DNA from: Alphaproteobacteria bacterium
Lineage (GTDB): Bacteria > Pseudomonadota > Alphaproteobacteria > CAAHEQ01 > UBA3637
Direction: 5' to 3'
DNA: 64,000 nucleotides
Assembly: GCA_017412085.1 (NCBI GenBank)
Contig: JAFPYS010000019.1
Location: 17,869-81,868 of the forward strand
Part shown: positions 28,396-40,488 of the stretch, in pieces
Numbering within the stretch: position 1 is the stretch's first letter
Layout of the letters: every line of letters begins with the position of its first letter
Notes under the pieces: generated by a model
Told to the model about the DNA's origin: nothing
The model's input: only the letters and a program-made list of their open reading frames with translations
Database searches by the model: none
Made by a program: the position numbers and the translations under genes

Positions 28396-28682
28396 GCTAT
28401 TGCCTTTCTTGGTAGATAGTTTAAGAGAATTAATCTGGTCAAAATAAAGCCGCAGAGAATAGATAAAAATTGCACAAGATTATGTTGCGCACATAAAAAG
28501 AGCAGGACAACGGCAAGCGATATACGTATAATGGCCGTTATTAACAAAAAGGGAACCTTGTGTTTAATTTTGGGCAATGCTTTTAGGGATAACCATAATA
28601 AAGTTAGATACACCAAGCAGATGAGTGATCCCATCGCGAGACCAAGAAAAAATTGGCTCAAAGAAAATGAAAAAGACATCAT
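28392..28682 (-). CDS. atpR: N-type ATPase accessory membrane protein AtpR
   Basis: 96 aa, 3 hydrophobic helices. Occupies the urf6/AtpR slot between atpQ and atpB. ATGA overlaps on both sides. Assigned mainly by position. Confidence 0.6.
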   Translation of the reverse strand: MMSFSFSLSQFFLGLAMGSLICLVYLTLLWLSLKALPKIKHKVPFLLITAIIRISLAVVLLFLCAQHNLVQFLSILCGFILTRLILLNYLPRKAIA

Positions 28683-28994
28683 TTTTTTGCCCCCTTTTTC
28701 TTAACAGATTTTTTTTCTTTTTTAAGGCCAACCGATCTGAAAAACCAAGCATTTGCATTATAAAAACCAATACAAATGCCGATTAAAACAAAATTCAAAA
28801 CCCACGAGATATGAGCGACAGGATAATATTTATCCAAAAAAGCACCAGCCAAAATACCAATAAGCACGGGAATGGCAACTTGAAAACCGTAAATTGTTAA
28901 AACCGCAGCGTGATAGGCGTGTTTGCGTTGGGATCGATTGCGCAAATTATTTGCTTTTTTAATTAATATGTTTGCCTGCTGTTCAAAATATTGA

Positions 28995-29008
<14 letters not shown>
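28679..29008 (-). CDS. atpQ: N-type ATPase accessory protein AtpQ (AtpI-like)
   Basis: 109 aa, 2 TM helices, Lys-rich tail. Occupies the AtpI-like slot after epsilon. Assigned mainly by position. Confidence 0.6.
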
Positions 29009-30833
<1,825 letters not shown>

Positions 30834-30880
30834 GCGAAAATTCAAAATTGGGAAAAATAAATTTTCAAGGCGCTGAGGTA

Positions 30881-32122
30881 TTATTTCAAGACGATTTTTA
30901 AGAAGTTCTTTTTACCTTTTTGAAGCAAGAATTCTGTCTTGTCAGCGGGTATTTTTGCCATACCGTCAGTTACTTTTTCTCCATCCAAACTTAAACCTTG
31001 TTGTTCAATCAAGCGGCGGGCTTCCCCTTTTGAAGCAAGGAAACCTGTTGCGACAATGAAATCAAGGATGGACACATCTTTAACGGATTCTTTTTCAACT
31101 TGTTTTGTTGGTACATCAACCGAGGCAGCTCCGTTTGAGAAAAGAGATGCGGATGCGGCGACGGCTTTGTCGGCTTCTTCGGCCCCATGGACAAGCTTTG
31201 TTACCTCATATGCCATGCGTTTTTTTGCTTCACGGATATCATTTTGACACATAGAGACAATTTCGGCCGTTGGAATGTCTGTAAAGACTTTTAATAACAT
31301 TTCTGTGTCGGCATCATCAGTATTATAAAAATATTGGTAGAAATGGTATGGTGTTGTTTTGTCGCGCGCAACCCATAATGTACCACTTTCCGTTTTGCCC
31401 ATCTTTTTGCCTTCTTTTGTCATTAAAAGAGGGCTTGTGATGGCAAAGGTATCTGGACATTCTGCCGTTGTTTTTCCTTCTGCCAAATTCATCTTGCGGC
31501 TTAATTCAACGCCTGCCACAATATTACCCCATTGGTCGGAACCGCCAATTTGGACGGCACATCCATAGGTTCTGTTTAAATGAACGAAATCGTATGCTTG
31601 GATGGGCATGTAACCCATTTCAAGGAAGGTCAATCCTCCATTTTCCAATCTAGAAGAATAGGCTTCAGAGGCCAACATTTTGTTGACATTCATGTGAACG
31701 CAGGCAGTGCGTAAAAAGTCAACATAACTGAATTTGTCCATCCATTCGGCATTGCTGACGATACGTGCGGGATTTTCGCCATCTGTGCGAATAAATTGTT
31801 TTGCCAACCGAATAACCTCATCGACATTATGCTGTACTTGATCTTTAGAAAGCATCTTTCTCATATCAGATTTGCCTGTCGGATCGCCAACCAAGGCGGT
31901 CGCTCCCCCGATCAACAAAATGCCGTGATGACCTTGTTTTTGTAACAAACTAAACATACGCAAGGCGAAAAAATGCCCAATATGCAGGCTGTCTGCCGTT
32001 GGATCAATACCAAGATAGAATGTGAAAGGTTTATCGCCATTTAATAAATCAATAATTTCCTTTTCATGAGTCATCTGATAAACGAGACCACGTTCTTTCA
32101 GGTATTCAAAAAAATTCTGCAT
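30881..32122 (-). CDS. tyrS: Tyrosine--tRNA ligase
   Basis: HIGH motif (SLHIGHF), KMSKS variant (KKMGKT), C-terminal S4-like domain. Start at ATG 32122 (MQNFFEYL), preceded by AAGGAG. Confidence 0.9.
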   Translation of the reverse strand: MQNFFEYLKERGLVYQMTHEKEIIDLLNGDKPFTFYLGIDPTADSLHIGHFFALRMFSLLQKQGHHGILLIGGATALVGDPTGKSDMRKMLSKDQVQHNVDEVIRLAKQFIRTDGENPARIVSNAEWMDKFSYVDFLRTACVHMNVNKMLASEAYSSRLENGGLTFLEMGYMPIQAYDFVHLNRTYGCAVQIGGSDQWGNIVAGVELSRKMNLAEGKTTAECPDTFAITSPLLMTKEGKKMGKTESGTLWVARDKTTPYHFYQYFYNTDDADTEMLLKVFTDIPTAEIVSMCQNDIREAKKRMAYEVTKLVHGAEEADKAVAASASLFSNGAASVDVPTKQVEKESVKDVSILDFIVATGFLASKGEARRLIEQQGLSLDGEKVTDGMAKIPADKTEFLLQKGKKNFLKIVLK

Positions 32123-32160
32123 TATTTTCTCCTTGTTGTATTTTGATAAGGTAGAGTCTA

Positions 32161-34278
32161 TCACACTTTTTGATTTTTTTCAAGAATTTCTTTTACTTTT
32201 GTCAGCAAATCAGCCAACACAAATGGTTTGGCAATAAAATCAAAATTTTTGGCCTTATTAGAGGTGTGTTTTTCATAAGAATCCGAATATCCAGACATCA
32301 ATAAACAAGGTAAATCCGGGCTGAACTTTTTTGCTTCTTTAATCAAGTGTTCGCCATCCATGCTTGGCATAACCATATCGGTGATTAGCAATTGGAATAC
32401 AGATTTGTCTTGAATAAGTTTCAATGCATCTTCGGCGTTGGAAGCTTGGGTTACCTCAAACCCCTTGGCTTGCAAAGCCCGGGCAGTTACAGTGCGAATG
32501 CTTTCTTCGTCATCTACTAATAAAATAGGGGCCTTTGGAGTCGGTAAAAAGACATTTTGGATTTCCGTGGGTTGTGGGGTAACAATTTCGCCTTTTTCAT
32601 CAAAACGCGGCAAATAGACTGTGAATGTCGTTCCTACATTTTCTATACTGTCTACCTTAATAAAACCGCCCACACTATGAATAATTCCGTAAACTGTGGA
32701 CAATCCAAGGCCGGTGCCCGATTGATTGGATTTCTTTTTGGTGGTAAAGAATGGATCAAAAATATGCGGCAATATGTCAGCGGGAATACCTTTTCCTGTG
32801 TCTGTGATGGATATTTTTACATAAGAACCCGTTGATATGGTATCACTGCCACATAATCTGGCTTTTTTAACATCTTCTTTGGCAATAGAAATAGTCAGTT
32901 CGCCCCCCTTGGGCATGGCATCTTTCGCATTGACGGCGAAATTTAAGAAAACCTGTGTTAATTGGTTGATGTCCATTTTGATAAAGCCCAAATGCCGTTT
33001 GTAATCCATTGTCAGGTGACAATGCGGTGCAATGGCTCGTTGCAAGAGTGAAGTAAGGTCTACAAAGGCATCATGTACGGAAATCATATGCTCTTGAACG
33101 GGGGTTTTTCTGGAAAAAGTCAGTAATTGTCCCACCAAACCAGCGGCCTTTTGGACATTTCCTTTGATGTGCATCAAGTCAGCAAAAGCGCTATCACCTG
33201 CGGGGTGTTGTTGCAGCAAAAGATCTGTAAATCCCATAATGGCTGTCAAGATATTGTTGAAATCGTGAGCAATTCCGCCCGTCAGTTGACCCACAGCCTG
33301 CATTTTGTATGTTTGCATTACCTGTGTTTCTAATTGTTTTTTCGGCGTGATATCTATAAAATACAAGTTGGCTTCTGCTTCATCTGGGGAAGCCCAGGTG
33401 GCATATACCTGATAAGAATCGCCTTGGTGGGTGGCCAATTCAATGGACTTTTCTGAATCTAGTCTGTTATGAGATTTTGTCAGTTTGTTTGTTAGTTTTT
33501 GCAAGGTCTCATCCGTAAAAATATCAGATAGCTGTTTGGGATTGTTAGCTTGATTAAACTTATTGGAGAAGGGCCCATTTGTTTGTAAAATAATCTGAGA
33601 ATCCACTGAAATTTTGGCATAAGGAAGTGGAATATTGTCATTTTTGTTATCAAGCTGCGGTGCAATAACTGGGTGTAATGCCCCAAGGAACAGTGGGCTT
33701 GTTTGTGTTTGAATTTGAACTTGTGTTAAAAGAAATGGACACAGCCCCTGAGGAGTGGAAATAGTTGTTTCTGTTTCAAAACGTTGTTCAAAATTTAAGT
33801 TTGATAAATTCAAAAAAGCGGTAATTTTTTGCCCTAAAATTTTTTCATAAGGGTATCCAATCAAGGTGCTGAAATCAGAATTTATATATATAATTTCCCC
33901 TGATATATCAATAAGATAAAATGGGATATTAATGTTTTGAATTATGTTTTGAAACAGGTCCAATTGGGTTTGAGTAACCTGAGAGATATTTAATCTTTGG
34001 GGTTCATCTTGCGCGGTTATGAGCATCGCATCTGACAGGGGGGCTAAATGCACATGCCAACAAGTATCGTTCTGAATAAAATCTAAAGAAAAAGGGGAAT
34101 GTTGTAAAAGAGCATTTTCTAATTTTTTTAAATCTTCGTTTTGCTTTGATCCTTTAAGGAAGAAAAAAGGATTTTCCGCAGAACCGAAAACCAAATCTCC
34201 CTTTTGGTTGGAGGCAGTAATTTTATTGCCATAAGATCTAATTTGCGCTGCAAAGGGCAGAGCATTTAGAAGATCCAT
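32161..34278 (-). CDS. Hybrid sensor histidine kinase / response regulator (PAS-HisKA-HATPase-REC; CckA-like)
   Basis: H-box GGIAHDFNNILTAI. N, G1 and G2 boxes (NFAVNAKDAM, DTGKGI, GTGLGLS). C-terminal receiver (ILLVDDEE...TDMVMP). No TM helix seen. Likely start is ATG 34278 (MDLLNALPF) with AAGGA; the track start at 34323 is a TTG. Confidence 0.85.
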   Translation of the reverse strand: MDLLNALPFAAQIRSYGNKITASNQKGDLVFGSAENPFFFLKGSKQNEDLKKLENALLQHSPFSLDFIQNDTCWHVHLAPLSDAMLITAQDEPQRLNISQVTQTQLDLFQNIIQNINIPFYLIDISGEIIYINSDFSTLIGYPYEKILGQKITAFLNLSNLNFEQRFETETTISTPQGLCPFLLTQVQIQTQTSPLFLGALHPVIAPQLDNKNDNIPLPYAKISVDSQIILQTNGPFSNKFNQANNPKQLSDIFTDETLQKLTNKLTKSHNRLDSEKSIELATHQGDSYQVYATWASPDEAEANLYFIDITPKKQLETQVMQTYKMQAVGQLTGGIAHDFNNILTAIMGFTDLLLQQHPAGDSAFADLMHIKGNVQKAAGLVGQLLTFSRKTPVQEHMISVHDAFVDLTSLLQRAIAPHCHLTMDYKRHLGFIKMDINQLTQVFLNFAVNAKDAMPKGGELTISIAKEDVKKARLCGSDTISTGSYVKISITDTGKGIPADILPHIFDPFFTTKKKSNQSGTGLGLSTVYGIIHSVGGFIKVDSIENVGTTFTVYLPRFDEKGEIVTPQPTEIQNVFLPTPKAPILLVDDEESIRTVTARALQAKGFEVTQASNAEDALKLIQDKSVFQLLITDMVMPSMDGEHLIKEAKKFSPDLPCLLMSGYSDSYEKHTSNKAKNFDFIAKPFVLADLLTKVKEILEKNQKV

Positions 34279-34378
34279 ATATCCTTTTTTTATCTTTTTT
34301 TTGAACATAACGACATCATACAAGAGTTTTAAATGAAAATCCAGTAAAATTTTTGTAATAATTTGTCATAAAAATTGT

Positions 34379-34408
34379 TTAGACGGATTGCTCAACTTGA
34401 TGTATAAT
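34379..34408 (+). promoter_or_regulatory. Candidate promoter of accBC
   Basis: TTAGAC (34379-34384), 18-nt spacer, extended -10 TGTATAAT (34401-34408). Confidence 0.4.
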
Positions 34409-34431
34409 ATCGGCATAACAAAAGGATGAGT

Positions 34432-34851
34432 ATGGATAAACAAGCTGAAAGTATTATAAAAGATCTTGCAAATTTATTGCGCGAGACTGGTTTAAACGAA
34501 ATTGATTATGAAAAGGATGGGTTGCGTTTGCGTGTTGCATCGAACAGCGGTGTGACTCCCGTTGTTACGACGCCAGCCGCCGAAGTTGTAACAGAAACCA
34601 AACAATCGGATAAGCCTAAGAATTATGTGAATTCACCAATCGTTGGCGTTGTTTATTTGTCGCCCAATCCAAATGCTCCGACTTTTGTAAAAGAAGGAGA
34701 TACGGTGAAAGCTGGGCAAACACTGTGTATGGTAGAAGCCATGAAAACGTTCAATCCTGTCGTGGCCGAAAAAGCCGGAAAAATTAAAGCGATTTTGGTG
34801 GAATCGGGTGCGCCAGTTGAGTATCAACAGCCTTTGTTTGAAATGGAATAA
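34432..34851 (+). CDS. accB: Acetyl-CoA carboxylase biotin carboxyl carrier protein
   Basis: Biotinylation motif CMVEAMKTFN and a Pro/Ala/Thr linker. ATGs at 34426 and 34432 are both possible; AAAGG spacing favours 34432. Confidence 0.9.
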   Translation: MDKQAESIIKDLANLLRETGLNEIDYEKDGLRLRVASNSGVTPVVTTPAAEVVTETKQSDKPKNYVNSPIVGVVYLSPNPNAPTFVKEGDTVKAGQTLCMVEAMKTFNPVVAEKAGKIKAILVESGAPVEYQQPLFEME

Positions 34852-34854
34852 AGT

Positions 34855-36201
34855 ATGTTTGAAAAAGTCTTAATTGCCAATCGTGGAGAAGTTGCTTTGC
34901 GTATCCATCGTGCTTGTCGCGAGATGGGGATTAAGACTGTGGCTGTTCATTCTGTGGCCGATGCGAATGCTATGCATGTGAAATTGGCGGATGAGGCCGT
35001 TTGTATTGGTCCGGCCAATGCTAAGGAATCTTATTTAAATAAGGCTAATATTATTTCTGCCGCTTTGATGACTGGCGCAGATGCTATTCATCCTGGATAC
35101 GGCTTTTTATCTGAGAATGCAGATTTTGCCGAAATGGTGGAGGCACATGGTTTGGTTTGGATTGGTCCTAAACCAGATATGATACGAAAAATGGGTGATA
35201 AGGTGGAAGCAAGAAAGTTGGCTAAGGAATGTGGTTTACCCGTGACTCCGGGTTCAGATGAAGAGGTGCAGACGGTTTTGGATGCAATTCAATGGGGTGA
35301 GGCGTTGGGGTATCCTGTCATTATTAAAGCCGCATCTGGTGGCGGCGGCAAAGGTATGCGTGTTGTTAAGCGTGCAGATGATATGGAAATGGCTTTTACT
35401 TTGGCTCAAAATGAGGCACGAGCTGCGTTTGGGGACGAGGGTGTTTATATTGAAAAATATTTCACGAATCCAAGACATATTGAGGTTCAGGTTTTAGCGG
35501 ATAATTATGGACATGTCATCCATTTGGGTGAACGTGATTGTTCTTTGCAACGCAATCATCAAAAGGTGTTGGAAGAAACACCGTCTCCGGCATTAAATAC
35601 AGAAGAACGTGAACGCTTATGTAAGATGGCTGTTGATTTTGTAAAGAAAATTGGTTATTCAAATGTGGGTACTGTTGAGTTTTTGTATGAAAATGGACAG
35701 TTTTATTTTATGGAAATGAACACACGTTTGCAAGTGGAACACCCCATTACAGAAGCGGTGACAGGTTTGGATGTTGTGCGTGAACAAATTCGTATGGCAG
35801 CTGGCCAGACATTGGATATCAATCAAGAGGACATCCAATTTCATGGCGTTGCCATTGAGTGCAGAATTAATGCGGAAGATCCAGACACCTTCACACCTTG
35901 TCCGGGCAAAATCGGCCAATGGCATGTGCCGGGTGGTTTGGCTGTTCGGGTGGATTCTGGTATGTATGCCGGTTGTGATGTGCCGCCGAATTACGACAGT
36001 TTAGTGGCCAAGCTGATTGTGTCGGGGCGGACGCGCAATGGTGCGTTAATGCGCCTACGTCGTGCTTTGGATGAGTTTGTGATAGAGGGTATTTCGACAA
36101 CAATTCCTTTGCATCAAGCCATAGCGCAACATCCAGAATTTATTGATGGACAATACGATATTCATTGGTTGGAAGAATTTATAAAAAGCAGAAAGGCATA
36201 A
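34855..36201 (+). CDS. accC: Acetyl-CoA carboxylase biotin carboxylase
   Basis: 448 aa. KVLIANRGE start, ATP-grasp loop GGGGKGMR, EMNTRLQVEHP. Confidence 0.95.
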   Translation: MFEKVLIANRGEVALRIHRACREMGIKTVAVHSVADANAMHVKLADEAVCIGPANAKESYLNKANIISAALMTGADAIHPGYGFLSENADFAEMVEAHGLVWIGPKPDMIRKMGDKVEARKLAKECGLPVTPGSDEEVQTVLDAIQWGEALGYPVIIKAASGGGGKGMRVVKRADDMEMAFTLAQNEARAAFGDEGVYIEKYFTNPRHIEVQVLADNYGHVIHLGERDCSLQRNHQKVLEETPSPALNTEERERLCKMAVDFVKKIGYSNVGTVEFLYENGQFYFMEMNTRLQVEHPITEAVTGLDVVREQIRMAAGQTLDINQEDIQFHGVAIECRINAEDPDTFTPCPGKIGQWHVPGGLAVRVDSGMYAGCDVPPNYDSLVAKLIVSGRTRNGALMRLRRALDEFVIEGISTTIPLHQAIAQHPEFIDGQYDIHWLEEFIKSRKA

Positions 36202-36202
36202 T

Positions 36203-36970
36203 ATGAAATTGACCTTTCGTGTGCCGAGTTTGGATCAAATGTTGGAGGCAACATTATGGACGCAAGAAGATGGCATTACGCCATATTGGCGAAATGATTT
36301 ATACAAGGCATATCCTCAAATAGATCAAGAAAAAGCACTTGCATTGCCAGAAAAAGAACGTATGAAGTACGTTGGGGATATACTGACGCAAATTTATAAA
36401 GAAAAAAAAGATGAGCTGAAGACTTTAAGTAAAAGATGGCAAGAGCGTTGGAATAGCCAATTAGAGCAAATTGAACGTGCCTTTTCACAGGCATACGAAA
36501 TTAATGCGAAGTCAATTTTAAATAATATGACAGCGTATGTGAATTTGAATTTTATCTGTCCAAGATATTTAGACAGCCATTCTTGTTATTTGTTTTACAG
36601 GATAGATCCGGATCAGATGGTGCGAATATGTTTGCATGAAGTAATGCATTTCTTTTGGTTTTACAAATGGCAAGAACATTTTCATGATGATTCGAAAGAA
36701 TATGATACGCCACATTTAAAGTGGATATTTTCTGAAATGGTTCAAGAAACAATGATGCAAGACACACCTATCAAGGATCTGGCCGAATGGAAGGGGAATA
36801 CTTACGATTATTTTTACACAATGAATATTGATGGTAAACCGATTTTAAAAACATTGTCAGATATTCATAAGCAAAAGGGGTTGATTGGTCTGTTTAAAGA
36901 CGGATATCAGTATTGCCAAGAACACGAAAACGAGATTCGGGCAATGATTAAAGAAGCCGAAAATATATAA
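36203..36970 (+). CDS. Hypothetical protein with an HExxH motif (possible metallopeptidase-like protein)
   Basis: 255 aa. HEVMH at residues 145-149. Starts 1 nt after the accC stop. No signal peptide. No family recognised. Confidence 0.5.
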   Translation: MKLTFRVPSLDQMLEATLWTQEDGITPYWRNDLYKAYPQIDQEKALALPEKERMKYVGDILTQIYKEKKDELKTLSKRWQERWNSQLEQIERAFSQAYEINAKSILNNMTAYVNLNFICPRYLDSHSCYLFYRIDPDQMVRICLHEVMHFFWFYKWQEHFHDDSKEYDTPHLKWIFSEMVQETMMQDTPIKDLAEWKGNTYDYFYTMNIDGKPILKTLSDIHKQKGLIGLFKDGYQYCQEHENEIRAMIKEAENI

Positions 36971-37035
36971 TATCTTCTTGACAAATATTAATTAAATATG
37001 TCAAAATAGTTGTAGTTCAACACGAAGGAGAGAAT

Positions 37036-37506
37036 ATGAAAAAAGGAAAGAGAATGGCGACGCCAGAAGAAGTTGCTTTAGATATGTTTGAAAAGCGCGA
37101 TTTGATTCGGGCAACAAAAAGGAATTATGTTTGTGCTAAGCGTGATGAGATTTACGATAGATTGGTGCAGGCCAAGGCGTCACAGGATGTTAAGGCTGTC
37201 AGAAGATTGCGGGGACAACTTAGAGAATGTGAAAAACGCATGGCCGTCATCGATGTTCAAGAAAGTGAGGATCATTTGTGTGCTACGCAAACTCAATTGG
37301 CAATGCTTGAGAAGGCAATTAAAGAAAGTCGGAATTTGTCTGAGCGGACGTTCTTGATGAAAAGGGCTGAAGAAAAAGAAAATGACGTATTTGATGCAAG
37401 TATCGGCCTTCGTGATTCAAAAGCTCGTTTAGCGCAGTTTAATTCGCCCAAAGCTAAAAAGAAGACAAGAAGAAAGAAAGTTGTTTCTTGTGACGCGACA
37501 AGATAA
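37036..37506 (+). CDS. Hypothetical coiled-coil protein with a basic C-terminal tail
   Basis: 156 aa. Charged heptad-like sequence. Tail reads PKAKKKTRRKKV. GGAGAG RBS. Followed by a strong terminator. Confidence 0.45.
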   Translation: MKKGKRMATPEEVALDMFEKRDLIRATKRNYVCAKRDEIYDRLVQAKASQDVKAVRRLRGQLRECEKRMAVIDVQESEDHLCATQTQLAMLEKAIKESRNLSERTFLMKRAEEKENDVFDASIGLRDSKARLAQFNSPKAKKKTRRKKVVSCDATR

Positions 37507-37516
37507 TTTGTAAACG

Positions 37517-37549
37517 AAAATCCCCGGCTAAATGCTCGGGGATTTTTTG
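37517..37549. terminator. Bidirectional rho-independent terminator (convergent with pgi)
   Basis: AAAATCCCCG (37517-37526) pairs with CGGGGATTTT (37537-37546), followed by a T-run. Confidence 0.65.
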
Positions 37550-37565
37550 TCTTTAAACGAGGGTT

Positions 37566-39164
<1,599 letters not shown>

Positions 39165-39308
39165 TTAATTCTCCTTTGGCAACTGATTAAAATCTGGGGG
39201 GACAATAATTGATTCTCCATTTACAACCTGAGTTTCATCCAAATCTGGTTTATAGGGAGCACATGACGTTAAAATCAGGCACACAAACAAGCACAGTAAT
39301 ATTCTCAT
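39165..39308 (-). CDS. Small putative lipoprotein (47 aa), not in the ORF track
   Basis: Reads MRILLCLFVCLILTSCAPYKPDLDETQVVNGESIIVPPDFNQLPKEN, with a signal peptide and lipobox LTSC. Its ATG overlaps the lspA stop (ATGA), and its TAA is followed immediately by the pgi ATG (TAAATG). Confidence 0.45.
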   Translation of the reverse strand: MRILLCLFVCLILTSCAPYKPDLDETQVVNGESIIVPPDFNQLPKEN

Positions 39309-39751
39309 TTTTTCCTCCTTAATGTTTGCCACAGTATAATTGCCACGCCAATACAGATAGCAGAATCAGCAATATTGAAAGCGGGCCAATGATAATTCCC
39401 CCAATGAAAATCCAAAAAGTCAACGACAACTCCATAGCGAAGCCTATCCCAGACATTTCCAATTGCACCGCCCAAAACCAACATTAAGGCAAAGCGCGTC
39501 CATGTGTCTTTTTCCTTTCTGAAAGCATATAGAATAAAAGCGCAGATGATGCAAGCGATACCAATCAACACCCAAACGCCATAGGGACTGTCGGCCCGAA
39601 GCATAGAAAAGCTGATGCCGGGGTTAAAAGTAAGATAAAAATTAAAGATGGGTAAGATCGAAACTGGCGTGTATGCATCCAAATATTTTAATGCCGTATA
39701 TTTACTGAGCCAATCTAACGCAAAAACAATAACAGGAACCAGGTATAACAT
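39305..39751 (-). CDS. lspA: Lipoprotein signal peptidase (signal peptidase II)
   Basis: 148 aa, 4 TM. Carries NPGISFS and GGAIGNVWDR, with FNIAD as the catalytic Asp regions. Confidence 0.9.
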   Translation of the reverse strand: MLYLVPVIVFALDWLSKYTALKYLDAYTPVSILPIFNFYLTFNPGISFSMLRADSPYGVWVLIGIACIICAFILYAFRKEKDTWTRFALMLVLGGAIGNVWDRLRYGVVVDFLDFHWGNYHWPAFNIADSAICIGVAIILWQTLRRKK

Positions 39752-40488
39752 TAATAATCCAGCTTAACGCCCCTCCAATTTGTGTGATTTGTGTTGGGAA
39801 CAACTTTTACAACCGCCGATTTTGGATTTTGCATGCGTCCAACAAAGCGTTCAACCAGACGGCGAGGTGTGACATCATCATCTTTGCCAACATAGTGAAC
39901 TTGAGGAATATTTGCTAAAATGTTTAATTTGTCCGCAGGATCATCGATATCTTCTGGATCGCCCCCCTCTATATCATGTTGAGTGTTATACGCCGCGACA
40001 TCTGTAATTCCGGCCACAGTTATCACTCGACTTGTGGGGAATTGTGGCGCCATATTCAAAGCAATAACCGCGCCCCCATCATAACCAATCAATTCAACAG
40101 ATGGAGCTTGGTGCTTGCGAATAAGATAATCCGTTAATTCTTTCATCTCTGCCATGATTTCTGGATGAAAACGGGCTTCTTGATAGATTTGCTTCTTTTG
40201 TTCACAGATCTTATCATTTGTCCATTGGCAAGGACGGGCGACATAAATAACATTTGGTGTTTTGTCTGCTTCCGCCAGATCAAAAGCGACCGTGTGGTAT
40301 GGATTGGGATTGCCATCGCCTTCATAATAAATACGTAAAGGCTTCCCCTTTTGAATGGAAGATTTTTCCCAAACAGCAATAGAAAAATACCCGGTTTCAA
40401 TTTGTTTCTCTTGAAATTTATTAGAATGCGGAGCTATTGCACAGCCACAAAGTAACAGGGCAGTTACAAAAATGGAAAGCTTTGTCAT
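39751..40488 (-). CDS. Putative lipoprotein, alpha/beta-hydrolase-like fold (function unknown)
   Basis: Start at ATG 40488 (AAGGAG RBS). Lipobox LLLCGC. A nucleophile-elbow-like GYDGG replaces GxSxG. A His lies near the C-terminus (NTNHTNW). Confidence 0.45.
   Translation of the reverse strand: MTKLSIFVTALLLCGCAIAPHSNKFQEKQIETGYFSIAVWEKSSIQKGKPLRIYYEGDGNPNPYHTVAFDLAEADKTPNVIYVARPCQWTNDKICEQKKQIYQEARFHPEIMAEMKELTDYLIRKHQAPSVELIGYDGGAVIALNMAPQFPTSRVITVAGITDVAAYNTQHDIEGGDPEDIDDPADKLNILANIPQVHYVGKDDDVTPRRLVERFVGRMQNPKSAVVKVVPNTNHTNWRGVKLDY

Noticed and set aside
36978-37004. TTGACA-N15-TGTCAA inverted repeat upstream of the coiled-coil ORF, possibly related to the N-ATPase promoter palindrome
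   Set aside because: The arms are just the -35 consensus and its complement in very AT-rich sequence. The spacing differs (15 versus 4 nt) and no convincing -10 follows. It is probably coincidence.
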